Virus record (IMG/VR): IMGVR_UViG_3300020048_000029
Span: 1 to 64,000 of that record
DNA length: 64,000 bases
Source: a virus
Reading direction: 5' to 3' (one strand)
In this document: positions 27,691 through 37,906 of the stretch, piece after piece
Layout: the number at the start of each line of letters is the position of its first letter
Position numbering within the stretch: position 1 is the stretch's first letter
Notes under the pieces: generated by a model
Seen by the model: only the letters and a program-made list of their open reading frames with translations
Databases searched by the model: none
Told to the model about the DNA's origin: nothing
Program-made: the position numbers and the translations under genes

Positions 27691-27930
27691 TTATATCAAG
27701 TCAATGTCTTTGTATCCTGCATAGACATAAAGATCGTGCCCTGCATTTTCAAAGACAAGAGCGGTTGAATTCTGTCTTATCGTTGAGCCAATCACAATAT
27801 CTTTCTCTGGAAGATATGTCCCGTGGACAAATTCAGCCAAAGACTCAGAAGATCCTTCCCAGTAATCGCCAACACTAAAGCAGCTTGCAAAGTTACCTTG
27901 CCAACCCTGTTGAGTAATCCGCTTATTTAT
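27691..27930 (-). CDS. 79-codon ORF in frame with rtcB, lacking an ATG start
   Basis: Frame stays open after the rtcB TGA: (S)INKRITQQGWQGNF...AGYKDIDLI. Confidence 0.4.
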   Translation of the reverse strand: MNKRITQQGWQGNFASCFSVGDYWEGSSESLAEFVHGTYLPEKDIVIGSTIRQNSTALVFENAGHDLYVYAGYKDIDLI

Positions 27931-27933
27931 ACT

Positions 27934-29034
27934 TCACCCCTTGATGTTAATAATCGGCTTGACATGACAAACAACTTCAACAAGATCCTCCTGAAGTCTC
28001 ATGACTTCAAAGATGTCCTTGTAAGCCTTCGGCGACTCGTCAAGAAGTTCGACGCCAGTTCTCGCAGTAATGCCAGCCATCATATCCTGGAACTCACCGT
28101 AGTTCAAATCCTTTGCAGCTTGAGCTCGGCTCATAACTCTTCCGGCCCCATGAGAGCTTGAGTAAAGCGAGTCAGGATTCCCCTTTCCTTTTACAATGAA
28201 GCTTCCGTCACGCATATTTCCTGGAATTACTCCCATCATACCTTCTTCGGCGTGAGTAGCGCCCTTGCGGTGAATCCACAGCCCATCCTTGAGTTCGGCA
28301 TGGTTGTGGTTTCGATTTATCATGTCTCCGCTTATCGGATAATCATCCCCAATAATATCTCCGATAGATACCATTACAGAGACTATAATCTTAACTCTGT
28401 TCTCAAGAGCAAAATCAAGAGTGAAGTTCAAGTCGTTAATGTAATTTTTTCCATTTTCACTATCGACATCGAACCCGTAGAAACCTTCAGAAGCTTTTCC
28501 GTTAGGAGAGGCAAGCTTCATGTAATGTTCGGCGATACCATGGCCAAATCCGCGAGATCCGGAGTGAACAATTATCCAGACGCGATCGCTTTCATCACAC
28601 CCTATCTCGACAAAGTGATTGCCTCCACCGAGCGTTCCAAGCTGTGTCAAAGCCTTCTTCTCTTCTGCTATCGCTAGACCTTCAGGAGTTAGTCGTGAAA
28701 AGTCAAGTTTTGATATGCAAGGCTCAGCATGGTGCTTGAATCCAACCGGGAGATTTTTATAGATCTGATTCATGATGCTTAGAGAGTTTTCTCTTATCGC
28801 ATCAGCATCGTAAGATGTTGCTACTGCACACATTCCACAGCCTATGTCGAATCCTATATATGATGGGAACACATGGTTTTTAGTTGCTATTACAGATCCG
28901 ATAGGGATCGTGTACCCAGTATGAGCATCTGGCATTAATGCTCCTTTTACTGTGTACTCGTTGTCCATAGCTTCCATGAACTGCTGAAGAGCTTTTGGCT
29001 CGAGCACTTCCGCGTAAATTTTATAATCTTTCAT
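27934..29034 (-). CDS. rtcB: RtcB-family RNA ligase
   Basis: LMPDAH, DIGCG, LGTLGGGNHF, HSGSRG, HNH, HRKGAT, SHGAGR, DESPKAYK. Confidence 0.95.
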   Translation of the reverse strand: MKDYKIYAEVLEPKALQQFMEAMDNEYTVKGALMPDAHTGYTIPIGSVIATKNHVFPSYIGFDIGCGMCAVATSYDADAIRENSLSIMNQIYKNLPVGFKHHAEPCISKLDFSRLTPEGLAIAEEKKALTQLGTLGGGNHFVEIGCDESDRVWIIVHSGSRGFGHGIAEHYMKLASPNGKASEGFYGFDVDSENGKNYINDLNFTLDFALENRVKIIVSVMVSIGDIIGDDYPISGDMINRNHNHAELKDGLWIHRKGATHAEEGMMGVIPGNMRDGSFIVKGKGNPDSLYSSSHGAGRVMSRAQAAKDLNYGEFQDMMAGITARTGVELLDESPKAYKDIFEVMRLQEDLVEVVCHVKPIINIKG

Positions 29035-30969
29035 TTTTTCTCCTTCAAGTATTCATTGCACATCTCTGCTATCTTTTCAACGCTTGTGCAGTGAGCAGCG
29101 TTTCTCACATGTTTCAAGCCCTCTTCTAGTCTCAAGATTCTCTTTTTGAGTTTATCGATTTCATCGCTTGGCATTTTCAGCCCCACATTCTTTGCAAAAT
29201 TTGAATGGAACCATTTCATCAATGCTGCGACCTTGATCAACATCATACTCTGTAATAAGCTCTCCATATATAATCCCTATCGTATGACCGCCAACATTAT
29301 GAGGGCAACTATACTTCTTCTTGCCAATCGCATCTTCGCAAAGTTTTACAATACCTGGCCGGTTGTTGAGGGTTGCAAACTCATTGATTTCCTCAATAGT
29401 TTCAATCAGTCTATCAGCCAATAAAGACCTTGCTTGTAAATACTCATTATCTCTGAAAATGCACTCAACACTTTCAAGTGTGAACTTCGTGTAGATGGTG
29501 TACCCATCTTCATTTACATAGCACAACTTTCTCATGACCTAAGTCCTTTCTCAAACTCTTCTGTGAGAGCTATCTTTGTTCTTACATAATTATGGATCTC
29601 GTCAGGTAGCGGTTGATAGGTTATCCATGTACCATCATTGCATACCCAAATGACTGTTTCACCTTTGTTGTAACCCTTGCAAGCTTCTTCAAGGTACTCA
29701 GGGATCTCCAGCTTATGATTAATGAACATCTCCATTAGGTCCGCAGGAGAAGCATTTGAGCAGTGCCGGCCCTTGCATGCCAACTCCACCTCATACATGT
29801 ACTTGATATCATGCAGGAGGTCGAAGCTGTAAGGGAGAGGAGTCATATCATACTCACGGTTCTGTTCTGCGATCTGTTCTTCCATAAACTCTTCCCAATC
29901 CTCAATGATACGTATAAGCAGTATACCCTCATAAGTATAGAGCTCAGGCTGACCACCGAATGTATTCATCTTAGCCGCAACAGAGTTGGACTCGTATCTG
30001 TAGGAAATTTTCTCCTCAGGATGCTTTTCTGCCCAAGCCTTTGCTCTTGCAATAAAGTTCTCGTATTGATCTTTCATCTAACGTACCCGACGAGTTGATA
30101 GGACTCGACCCAAGCCTTTTCGCAACTGTAACACGAACATTGATTATACAAAGACGATCCAGAGATGGTATGTTCGCCTTCAGAACTTATGTTTAGTGAT
30201 CCACAGAATGGACATTCATCCGGCGATTCGACATACTTTTCATTGCTGCGAGGGAACTCATGTTTAATCGCGTCGAAAGTTGAGAGAGGTTTGAAGATTG
30301 GTATAAAGCCATTTTCTTCAACACCTGTCGCCACCAGTATTTCGCTCCAAAAGTTTCCGAATAGGTATTCCACATTCATCTTTTCCGCAGGAGAAATAAA
30401 TGAACATTCGCAGTCCCTTTTAACTAATGCTCCTGGGTTAGCATTAGCCCAATCGATAGCCTGTTCACCATTGCTTATTTTAGACATTTTTGCTCCTCGT
30501 ATTCTGCTATTTGTCTGGATATTGCGCTCAGCGCAGCATTGCGAACTTCGTATGAAGCTCTTAGGGAAGTCATGACAATATCAAGTTGTCTTTCAACAGG
30601 AAGACCCTTGATTGATTCGTGCATCCTTTCGCACATAAGCTTTATGTCAAGGATGAATTCATCACTAAGCTGCATGTTACTGAGTAGAGAGCTTTCCACT
30701 GCGTACACGTAAGATGCGACTCCACCTTCTTTGCTGATGCTACCACCCAATACTTCTCTCATGTTAAGTATCCTGTAGTCTATGATCATGTGAATGTCGT
30801 TTTTATCCATCAAACTTGTTTTACCCATGTCGTCTATTAGGTGCATATAATAGCTCTCCGGGTTTTTCAGGTTGCTTCCAGCCTTCTTCACGTTATACGA
30901 ATGCATTACAGTTCCAACTCTGCTGTCATGGAAAAGAACCTGAAATTCAACGTCTAATTTTACCTTCAT
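29031..30969 (-). other. Small hypothetical genes (29031-29267, 29161-29535, 29532-30077, 30074-30487 with CPFC..CYSC Zn finger, 30475-30969)
   Basis: Translationally coupled ORFs. Confidence 0.6.
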
Positions 30970-30981
30970 GAAATCTCCAGA

Positions 30982-30999
30982 GCGGGAATTTCTTCCCGC
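30982..30999 (-). other. GAAA-tetraloop hairpin upstream of an RBS
   Basis: GCGGGAA-GAAA-TTCCCGC on the minus strand; no U-tract. Confidence 0.5.
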
Positions 31000-31010
31000 G
31001 GATTGAGTTG

Positions 31011-31520
31011 TTAAGAAAGCTTTAGCTCATCGCCTTCTTTTATTTCTTTCAAATCTGATTCGAGCTTCGCAATTATTTCCATTGCGCTCTTCATGTCGTC
31101 GAAGCGTAGTCTTGCTCCTGAGACTGCCATTTTCAGATACATTACAACAGCCATTTGCACGGCTGGCGGCATCGTAAGACTTACCTCCCGAACTTCTTTT
31201 CGAACCGTTACTGTAGGGTTCTCTTTCATAAGAACATCTTCAACTTCAACGATCCTTGCCTTGTATCTCTCCTCAATATCGATAAGCATCTTGTCTTGCT
31301 TTTCGACATCTTCTTGCATTTTTCCCATGGTGTACCTGACAGCAGACAACTCGTCTCTGGCTTCATGCAGCTGACTAGATACCAAATTGAAGGTCAACTG
31401 TCTTGATCTCTCTTCTCTTTCGTAAGAGCTGCGCTCATCTTTAAGGCTGACCGATTTCTCGTACAGCTTAAACGCAAGGATTACCACTAAACAAAAAAGG
31501 AACACAATAGCGCTATACAT
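31011..31520 (-). CDS. N-terminally membrane-anchored coiled-coil protein
   Basis: Hydrophobic AIVFLFCLVVILAF followed by a heptad region; RBS AGGAG. Confidence 0.65.
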   Translation of the reverse strand: MYSAIVFLFCLVVILAFKLYEKSVSLKDERSSYEREERSRQLTFNLVSSQLHEARDELSAVRYTMGKMQEDVEKQDKMLIDIEERYKARIVEVEDVLMKENPTVTVRKEVREVSLTMPPAVQMAVVMYLKMAVSGARLRFDDMKSAMEIIAKLESDLKEIKEGDELKLS

Positions 31521-31530
31521 ACAAACTCCT

Positions 31531-31560
31531 AAAAAAATGGGAGCGCGATTAAGCGCCCCC
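31531..31560 (-). terminator. Intrinsic terminator
   Basis: GGGGCGC-TTAATC-GCGCTCCC-ATTTTTTT on the minus strand. Confidence 0.75.
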
Positions 31561-31565
31561 TGTAA

Positions 31566-32654
31566 TTACAATTCTTCCATCGGATTGAATGGCTCTTCGA
31601 CATCGCCTTTTGACTCGGCGATACCTTTTAGAGTTTCTTCAATCTTTTCTGTGTCCACAGGCTCCTCTTGAGGCTCGCGAAGGTTTTCTTTGACATAGTC
31701 AATCTCTTCATCGCTCATCTCTTCAAATTCAATAGCCTTTGGAATTTCTGACACATTCCCAATCAGTCCGTATGCCGCAGCTTGCATCTGATTCATCTCG
31801 ATTTCACCGGTACCAGATTTTACAGCCACCGTATTGGTGAAAGATTTTCCGATTCCAAGCATCAATCTCGCTGACTCTTCGCTGTTAAGCGACATGGTAA
31901 CCACATGCACATTTCTCTCTCCGACCTTTCTGAGGTTAACAGTAAGGTTAACACGGATTCCAAAGAGCCCCATGAAAGGGGTTTCTGAACCTGTGTTATG
32001 CTGAGAGATCATGTGAGAATACTTTGTCAGTTCATACAGCCGATTAAGCGTGTGACTGATCTCAAGTATTGTAGTCTGAGAGGTTGTATCAAACTTGAAC
32101 GGGTGTAGGAAGTCATCAAACTCTTCACCAAGGTTCAGGAAGACCATAAGAGAGCCGTGCGGTTTACACAGCTTGTTCTTAAAGTCTTTGCAATCCTTAT
32201 ACTTGCAAAGAGTTGTACCATCTTCAAACTTACGAGGCTCGTAAGAGTAGAAGTCGGACACCTTAACCTTTTCTTCTGCAACTGTTCCAACGCCGTTTGA
32301 TCTGCACATCAATCCATTGTCAGTGAATTTCCCAAGGAATGCTGAAAATACTTCTTCGGGATTTGAATGGAGCAATCTGCACGGAAGAATCGTCGGTTTG
32401 TCAACACGGTTGAGCTGAACAAGTCTCGCCTGAAGTCGGTTATCAACTTCCCACTTTGGCGTGATCTTCTCGATATTGCCAACTTTTGTAACGGACGTTT
32501 TCAGCTTTCTAATTTCCCAATACCCAAGAGATTTTGGGATCCCATCCTTTGTTTTGGCACCAATAGCAACTTTTCCCGCTACTTTGCGTTCAAGCTCAAT
32601 TGGAGCACCATCTGGCGTATGGGTGATGCCAACGATCATAGAATTAACCATCAT
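31566..32654 (-). CDS. Gp3-like / recombination-directionality-factor-like protein
   Basis: GKVAIGAK...GIPKSLGYW, Cys cluster CKYKDC...CKPHGSL, FDTTS. Confidence 0.55.
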   Translation of the reverse strand: MMVNSMIVGITHTPDGAPIELERKVAGKVAIGAKTKDGIPKSLGYWEIRKLKTSVTKVGNIEKITPKWEVDNRLQARLVQLNRVDKPTILPCRLLHSNPEEVFSAFLGKFTDNGLMCRSNGVGTVAEEKVKVSDFYSYEPRKFEDGTTLCKYKDCKDFKNKLCKPHGSLMVFLNLGEEFDDFLHPFKFDTTSQTTILEISHTLNRLYELTKYSHMISQHNTGSETPFMGLFGIRVNLTVNLRKVGERNVHVVTMSLNSEESARLMLGIGKSFTNTVAVKSGTGEIEMNQMQAAAYGLIGNVSEIPKAIEFEEMSDEEIDYVKENLREPQEEPVDTEKIEETLKGIAESKGDVEEPFNPMEEL

Positions 32655-32672
32655 AACAACTTTCTTAAAATG

Positions 32673-32700
32673 AAAAGGCCCAGCAACATAATTGCCGGGC
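32673..32700 (-). terminator. Probable intrinsic terminator
   Basis: GCCCGGCAA-loop-TTGCTGGGC-CTTTT on the minus strand. Confidence 0.6.
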
Positions 32701-32723
32701 CAGGTACGGTATCTGCATTAAGA

Positions 32724-33500
32724 CTAGAACGGAAGATCGTCCTCTACAGGTGTTCCACCAGCTTCGTTAGAACTACTTTCAGTCTTTGGTGCATCACCGA
32801 ATCCAGAACTACTTGAAGAGCCGTCGTTTTCAGCTTCGGCTTTTTCACGAGTTTTGAACTCATTGTAAGAAATCATGTCAACAACAGATTTGGAGTCGGC
32901 GGTCGCGCGAACAATTTTGCTCATGTTTACTTCAGGGTCACCACTTTTACTGATGCCATCGGTAAGAGTCACAAGAACTGTTTCGGTCAAGCCATGGCTC
33001 GAAACGATTTCAACGGTGTCAGCAGTAGGCTTTTTCAGTTTAGACTGGAGTTTTGACAAAACCCATTCTTGATCTGTAAGCTTAATTTCTGCACCTTCTG
33101 GGAGCATAGCCATGATACGCGGCTTTGCCATGTTCATGAGTTTTTCCTGATCAACCTGTGAAGATCCGGCTTTCGCAATGAAAGGGATATAAACAGTAAA
33201 TGTTGATCCAGCGCGAATGTCAAGCACATCTTCAACCAGTTCAAGCCGAACTACAACCATGAGGTTGTCATTCTTTGAAAGCTTTACTTCTGGGTATCGA
33301 ACGAGCTTGTTGTTATCTTTCTTGACGATGTATGCCTCGTCGATGGCACGCATCAAGAAATTACCAGCGCATTTAATCTGAGAACGTTTAGTAAATCCAC
33401 CTTCATCAACTTCTTTTGCAGCAGTTTGTGCAGCAGCAGCAGCTTTTACGTCTTCTTCACTAAGCGTACCGAAAAACCCATTAACGTCACTTGTAGCCAT
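32724..33500 (-). CDS. Putative single-stranded DNA-binding protein
   Basis: Ser/Gly-rich disordered tail ending EDDLPF; next to the primase-helicase. Confidence 0.55.
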   Translation of the reverse strand: MATSDVNGFFGTLSEEDVKAAAAAQTAAKEVDEGGFTKRSQIKCAGNFLMRAIDEAYIVKKDNNKLVRYPEVKLSKNDNLMVVVRLELVEDVLDIRAGSTFTVYIPFIAKAGSSQVDQEKLMNMAKPRIMAMLPEGAEIKLTDQEWVLSKLQSKLKKPTADTVEIVSSHGLTETVLVTLTDGISKSGDPEVNMSKIVRATADSKSVVDMISYNEFKTREKAEAENDGSSSSSGFGDAPKTESSSNEAGGTPVEDDLPF

Positions 33501-34149
33501 TTTGTCTCCTCATTTTTAACACTGGGTACTTTTTTAAGAAATCCACAATAGAAACATTCACATTCACATGCCAACGGGTGTCAATAACCTCGCACGGCTG
33601 TTTACGGAAATCATCTTTGGGATACAGACAAAATGCAACACGGACAGGTTCGACGTCAACCTTTATTTCATCCGCATTAAACATTTTTAAAAATACACCA
33701 ACTCCCTCTTTTGGGAGCAGGAGAAAATCAATATCCTCTTGATCCGGAGTGAGAGCGCCTGCCACGGCTCTCTCAAGTGGATCAAAAGATTTACACATAA
33801 AACAAGAGTGAAACATAAGGAATCTCTTGACTTCCCTATTCGCATTCAAGTTCTTTTCCATCACCTTATTAAGGTTCAATTCATAATAAGATGCAAGCGT
33901 AAGCAACCTGCTTATCTTGAGTCGGATAGTGGGCTCTTTCGAGCACCACCCTTCAGCATCCAACTCAAGAACAAAAGCATAAGTGTACTTTACACTATCG
34001 TTATTACACAAATCATGGTCCGATATCACCGTGTCAGGCTTATTCCAAAGACGAAGCAGCTCTCGCAATTTCTTCTGCCGTCTTATCAGATTTCCTATCA
34101 GGTTGACTTGCCTTGACCACTCCTGCATCAAGTTTATTGTTCGGTTCAA
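33487..34149 (-). CDS. Hypothetical protein (220 aa)
   Basis: ORF between primase-helicase and SSB-like gene. Confidence 0.55.
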   Translation of the reverse strand: MNRTINLMQEWSRQVNLIGNLIRRQKKLRELLRLWNKPDTVISDHDLCNNDSVKYTYAFVLELDAEGWCSKEPTIRLKISRLLTLASYYELNLNKVMEKNLNANREVKRFLMFHSCFMCKSFDPLERAVAGALTPDQEDIDFLLLPKEGVGVFLKMFNADEIKVDVEPVRVAFCLYPKDDFRKQPCEVIDTRWHVNVNVSIVDFLKKYPVLKMRRQNGYK

Positions 34150-37100
34150 ATGAGTCCCCTACCTCTTTGTAGTAAGTCCTCAGCCATTCAGAGAACGCTT
34201 TTGTCTTTATGTACTTCCGTCTGAGCGGTTGGAAACATCTTGCAAGAAGCAAGGTGTTAAACAATAGTCCGCCGCTGTCCGCCATTCTGATAGCAGTCTT
34301 GTACTTACACGAGAACGGGTCGTACATGTACTTTTCAGAAGACTGGACTTCAAGAAGATATGTAGAGAACATGCGAATGATATCCTTTTCGGAAAAGTCA
34401 TTCGTATTCATAAGCATCTTCAAAAGTTGAGGGTTCAATATAGATTTAAGGAATTCAATGTTGCCGACACTCGACTCCTCGATTTTCATCTTGGAGAACT
34501 CGTCAAGCTTCATGTTAGGAGAAGAGTAAAGCTTATCGATGTACAAAGCCATGTATTCAACAAAGACCTTCCTTACGTAGATCTTGTTGCAATCCTCTGT
34601 TGTAGAGTAAAGCATACCGGCAAGAGATAGAGGAAGCCTTATCAGCTTCGACATCATCTCAATGTTCACCATCAAAGTTTCAGACACATACTTTCCTGTA
34701 AGCCACGTTACCCATTTATCGACCTCTTCACGATATCCTTCTTCGTAAACAACATCAGAAACGCTTCTGGACCAAGCCCATTTAATAAGCGTTCTACACT
34801 GGTAAGAAGTGTACTCGGTACCAATGGGTCTGTAAACGCTTTTGGGGGCGTCAACGTCTCCCTGTCGAATCAGAATACCAATATCAAACCTGGTAATAAC
34901 TCGGTCAGATACGAACAAGTCTCTTGCAAACGGTATCAGCCCAACATCGGAGTTTGTTCCATGGTCAGAGTCGTCTCTTGCATTTGATATGAAAATCTTT
35001 CTAACTCTCGCAAGAGTCTTTCCTGATTTGATCGTATCAACAGCAACTTCTCCACCACTTCTCATCTCTGTCATGTCAGACATCACCTCTGGATGGATCT
35101 TGGACGCTTCGTCGAGTGTAATTATGCTTCCGTGGTTCTTTGGGAGTTTACCCCAAACAACTACAGACTTACCATTCGACGCTTTACCCATACCACCGAG
35201 AAGCCCTGATCGAGTCATAGCAGATGATCCTCCAGCAATCTCTCCAACTTGATAATGCTTGTGCATCCATCTTGTCGCTTGAGATTTTCCGCATCGAGAG
35301 TCACCAAGGATAAATATCTCAACCCACCCTCTACTAACACCAGGAGCCACAACAGGATTGTCAATGACAAGCTGGGAGTGGAAAGCTAGGTCACTCAAAA
35401 AGAACAGGTCGTCTCGACTCACAATTCCGGCGTCCCCCGAAAGGATCGCGTACTTATGATCAAGCTTTTCCTTTATCGCATTAACTGTCCACTCTTCTGG
35501 ACTGAATATGTCAGAAAGCATCTCGTCATACTGTGCATTCATCTTGAACTTCTCAGTGCTTGTTTCAAGAGCTCTTACGTTGTTCGTGAAAATCACATTA
35601 TGTCCGAAATCCCATGACTTAACGATGTTCCCGGTTATAACGTATGACTTGTTTTCCTTGATGTCAGGACTGTCATCGTTATGAACGTAAACAACATCCA
35701 TCGAACAGTCAGTGAAAGATGTCACCTCAGACTCAGACTTTTCACTTGGAGCCGTATCCTTGTAGCCGGTAGTATCATTTGACACAGACATAATCGTTAT
35801 CCGTCTGATATCATTTTCAACAAAGCTACATCTTGTACAGTGCTGCGGTATGTCCATTATCATCTTGATATTGTCCATATATGCTCGCTGGCGCTGACCA
35901 ATGAGGCCCATTATCTCACCTGGCTTTATCACGGTGCGCTCAATGGTACTCTTCCCGAAACCAACTGTGAAGTTTATAATAAGACTGCTCGCGTCCGGAT
36001 CTGTAAACTCAGATCTTTTCAGCATTGAACACTCTTTACACTTCGCGTTGTTGTAATCGTCGTCTTCAAGCTTTGGGCAAGTAAACGTGACACTGTCAGG
36101 GATGTTGTAGGAAGTAGGATCCATAGATGTAACCTGAGCAATAATCTCAAGAGTTTTTGTCCCATCACTTGTAAAGTACGTGCTCTTGTTAGCTTCAACG
36201 AGAGACACCTTATAAGTCATGTCTGACGCTCTATCCTCATTTTCAGAGTAGACATCAGTAAGCTCTATGAGCTCCTCAAAAGCTTTTGTTGCACGCTCTC
36301 CGAACCCTTGCTTTTTAAACCAGTCAGTCAAGTCTGATTCAACTCGCTTAGTTTTCTTTGTACCTGCAATTTTTTCGACATTTTCAGGATCGAGACCGTT
36401 CGGGTTTATTTCAGATTTGTCAAAGTCAATGATCTTAATCTGCTTCGCATACTTGTAGAGATTCCCTGCAAGTTTTAAAGCTCCTTCTCTTCCGGCTTTA
36501 TCCGGGTCAAAGGCTATGACTATGCTCTTCCCAGAGAATATCTGGTCAGCTTCATACTCACCAAAAATCTTATCAATATCAACATTTGAACATGACCCAA
36601 AAGTTCCTATGCCACCAATATTGTGAGAGTATGCGGTTATCATGTCTGGCTCGCCCTCGGTGATAATTATCCTGTCACAAGAAAAGCTTTCCATCGGTAT
36701 CGGGTACATAGTCTTGTAACCAGCATAAGGATACACCCATTTTTCGGCCTTATTGACCGCAACAGGATTGTAGTGCTTTATGTTCATTACTTTTCCGGTT
36801 CCGTCGAGAAGAGGTATTGTAAAACACTTCAAATCTTCGGTTATTCCGATTCCAAGACGGCTCAAATGCTGAGGCGTAGCGTGCCGGTTTTCCTTCCAGT
36901 ACGAAAGCCCAAGCTCGTAGTTCATAAGTCTTTCACAAGCGTCTTTTACAATCTCTTCGCCATTTGGAATTGGCGTGTCAGATGCATTTCCTGAGAATTT
37001 CGCGTAATCCTCAAACTCTTTTTTCTTTTTAGACAAGATTGCAGCGATTGCCCCGTCAGCCTTGTAAGTCTCAGGGTCAGTGTACATGCTCTTGCTTATT

Positions 37101-37411
37101 CCAACATGAGTTTCAATGAAATCATAGATCTTCATGTTAGGATATTTGGTTGCAACAAACTTATAAAAAAAAGATTCTAAGTGACCGCGTGTTCCGCAGG
37201 TGTGACACTTGTAAGCCCCTGTGTAATTATCCACGCTGCATGAAGGGTGGACATCTTTTCCGCCAAGATGCTCTCCGTCATTAGGACAAGGAATGTTGCC
37301 TGATGGCTTAGCTCCTACGATCCCCGCATGCTGAATGTAGAAATCTCTAAACCGCCCGGACAGCATTGCTTTGGCATCTTCGCACATCCGTGCTATTTGC
37401 TCATTAGTCAT
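34040..37411 (-). CDS. Primase-helicase: CHC2 Zn finger + TOPRIM (DnaG-type) + MCM-like AAA+ helicase
   Basis: CP..H..CHTCG; ITEGEPD; FDPDKAG; Walker A GDSRCGKS; LDEASK; ISNAR; TRFDI. Confidence 0.85.
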   Translation of the reverse strand: MTNEQIARMCEDAKAMLSGRFRDFYIQHAGIVGAKPSGNIPCPNDGEHLGGKDVHPSCSVDNYTGAYKCHTCGTRGHLESFFYKFVATKYPNMKIYDFIETHVGISKSMYTDPETYKADGAIAAILSKKKKEFEDYAKFSGNASDTPIPNGEEIVKDACERLMNYELGLSYWKENRHATPQHLSRLGIGITEDLKCFTIPLLDGTGKVMNIKHYNPVAVNKAEKWVYPYAGYKTMYPIPMESFSCDRIIITEGEPDMITAYSHNIGGIGTFGSCSNVDIDKIFGEYEADQIFSGKSIVIAFDPDKAGREGALKLAGNLYKYAKQIKIIDFDKSEINPNGLDPENVEKIAGTKKTKRVESDLTDWFKKQGFGERATKAFEELIELTDVYSENEDRASDMTYKVSLVEANKSTYFTSDGTKTLEIIAQVTSMDPTSYNIPDSVTFTCPKLEDDDYNNAKCKECSMLKRSEFTDPDASSLIINFTVGFGKSTIERTVIKPGEIMGLIGQRQRAYMDNIKMIMDIPQHCTRCSFVENDIRRITIMSVSNDTTGYKDTAPSEKSESEVTSFTDCSMDVVYVHNDDSPDIKENKSYVITGNIVKSWDFGHNVIFTNNVRALETSTEKFKMNAQYDEMLSDIFSPEEWTVNAIKEKLDHKYAILSGDAGIVSRDDLFFLSDLAFHSQLVIDNPVVAPGVSRGWVEIFILGDSRCGKSQATRWMHKHYQVGEIAGGSSAMTRSGLLGGMGKASNGKSVVVWGKLPKNHGSIITLDEASKIHPEVMSDMTEMRSGGEVAVDTIKSGKTLARVRKIFISNARDDSDHGTNSDVGLIPFARDLFVSDRVITRFDIGILIRQGDVDAPKSVYRPIGTEYTSYQCRTLIKWAWSRSVSDVVYEEGYREEVDKWVTWLTGKYVSETLMVNIEMMSKLIRLPLSLAGMLYSTTEDCNKIYVRKVFVEYMALYIDKLYSSPNMKLDEFSKMKIEESSVGNIEFLKSILNPQLLKMLMNTNDFSEKDIIRMFSTYLLEVQSSEKYMYDPFSCKYKTAIRMADSGGLLFNTLLLARCFQPLRRKYIKTKAFSEWLRTYYKEVGDSFEPNNKLDAGVVKASQPDRKSDKTAEEIARAASSLE

Positions 37412-37427
37412 TACTTTTTTCTCCGGT

Positions 37428-37457
37428 TAAAGGGGGCGGTACTTTCGTACCACCCCC
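37428..37457 (-). terminator. Intrinsic terminator
   Basis: GGGGGTGGTAC-GAAA-GTACCGCCCCC-TTT on the minus strand. Confidence 0.7.
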
Positions 37458-37463
37458 ATAGTT

Positions 37464-37820
37464 TTAGAGCTCTTCTTCAGCTTCTTCATCGGCAGCGACA
37501 TCTTCAGACCATGCTGGAGAATCGTCTTCTTCAGTAGCCGGAGTAGCCGGAGTAGCCTTAGCAGCAGGAGCAGCAGGAGCAGCTTCTTCCGCAGCAACTG
37601 GTTCTGTTACGATTGTGCTTACAACAGGTTTAATTACAGTTGCTTTCACAACACTAGGGCGGATCGCAATGGCACCAGTTTTCTTCGCTGTAAGTGTAGC
37701 TCCACACACAACATCTTCACCGATCATGAAAGCGACATCTTTGTTTCCGCTGATGCCTGACGACTGTTCAACAATAGTAATTTCGTGGCCGTGGAACTGG
37801 GTTTTAGCAAGAACGTTCAT
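37464..37820 (-). CDS. Small protein with Ala/Pro linker and acidic tail
   Basis: MNVLAKTQF... after GGAGG; 9-nt tandem repeats encoding APAAPAAKATPATPAT. Confidence 0.65.
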   Translation of the reverse strand: MNVLAKTQFHGHEITIVEQSSGISGNKDVAFMIGEDVVCGATLTAKKTGAIAIRPSVVKATVIKPVVSTIVTEPVAAEEAAPAAPAAKATPATPATEEDDSPAWSEDVAADEEAEEEL

Positions 37821-37906
37821 TTTTCCTCCAAAGGAAATAGTTGTTAAGGAAGAGCTCACCTCTTGGTAAACTCTCTATCAATATTGTTATTACATTTTGA
37901 TGCGCG

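Noticed and set aside
33487-34149. MazG-like pyrophosphatase call
   Set aside because: Only a weak helix pattern (LLTLASYYELNL...N..N); the acidic ExxD metal-binding motif is not evident
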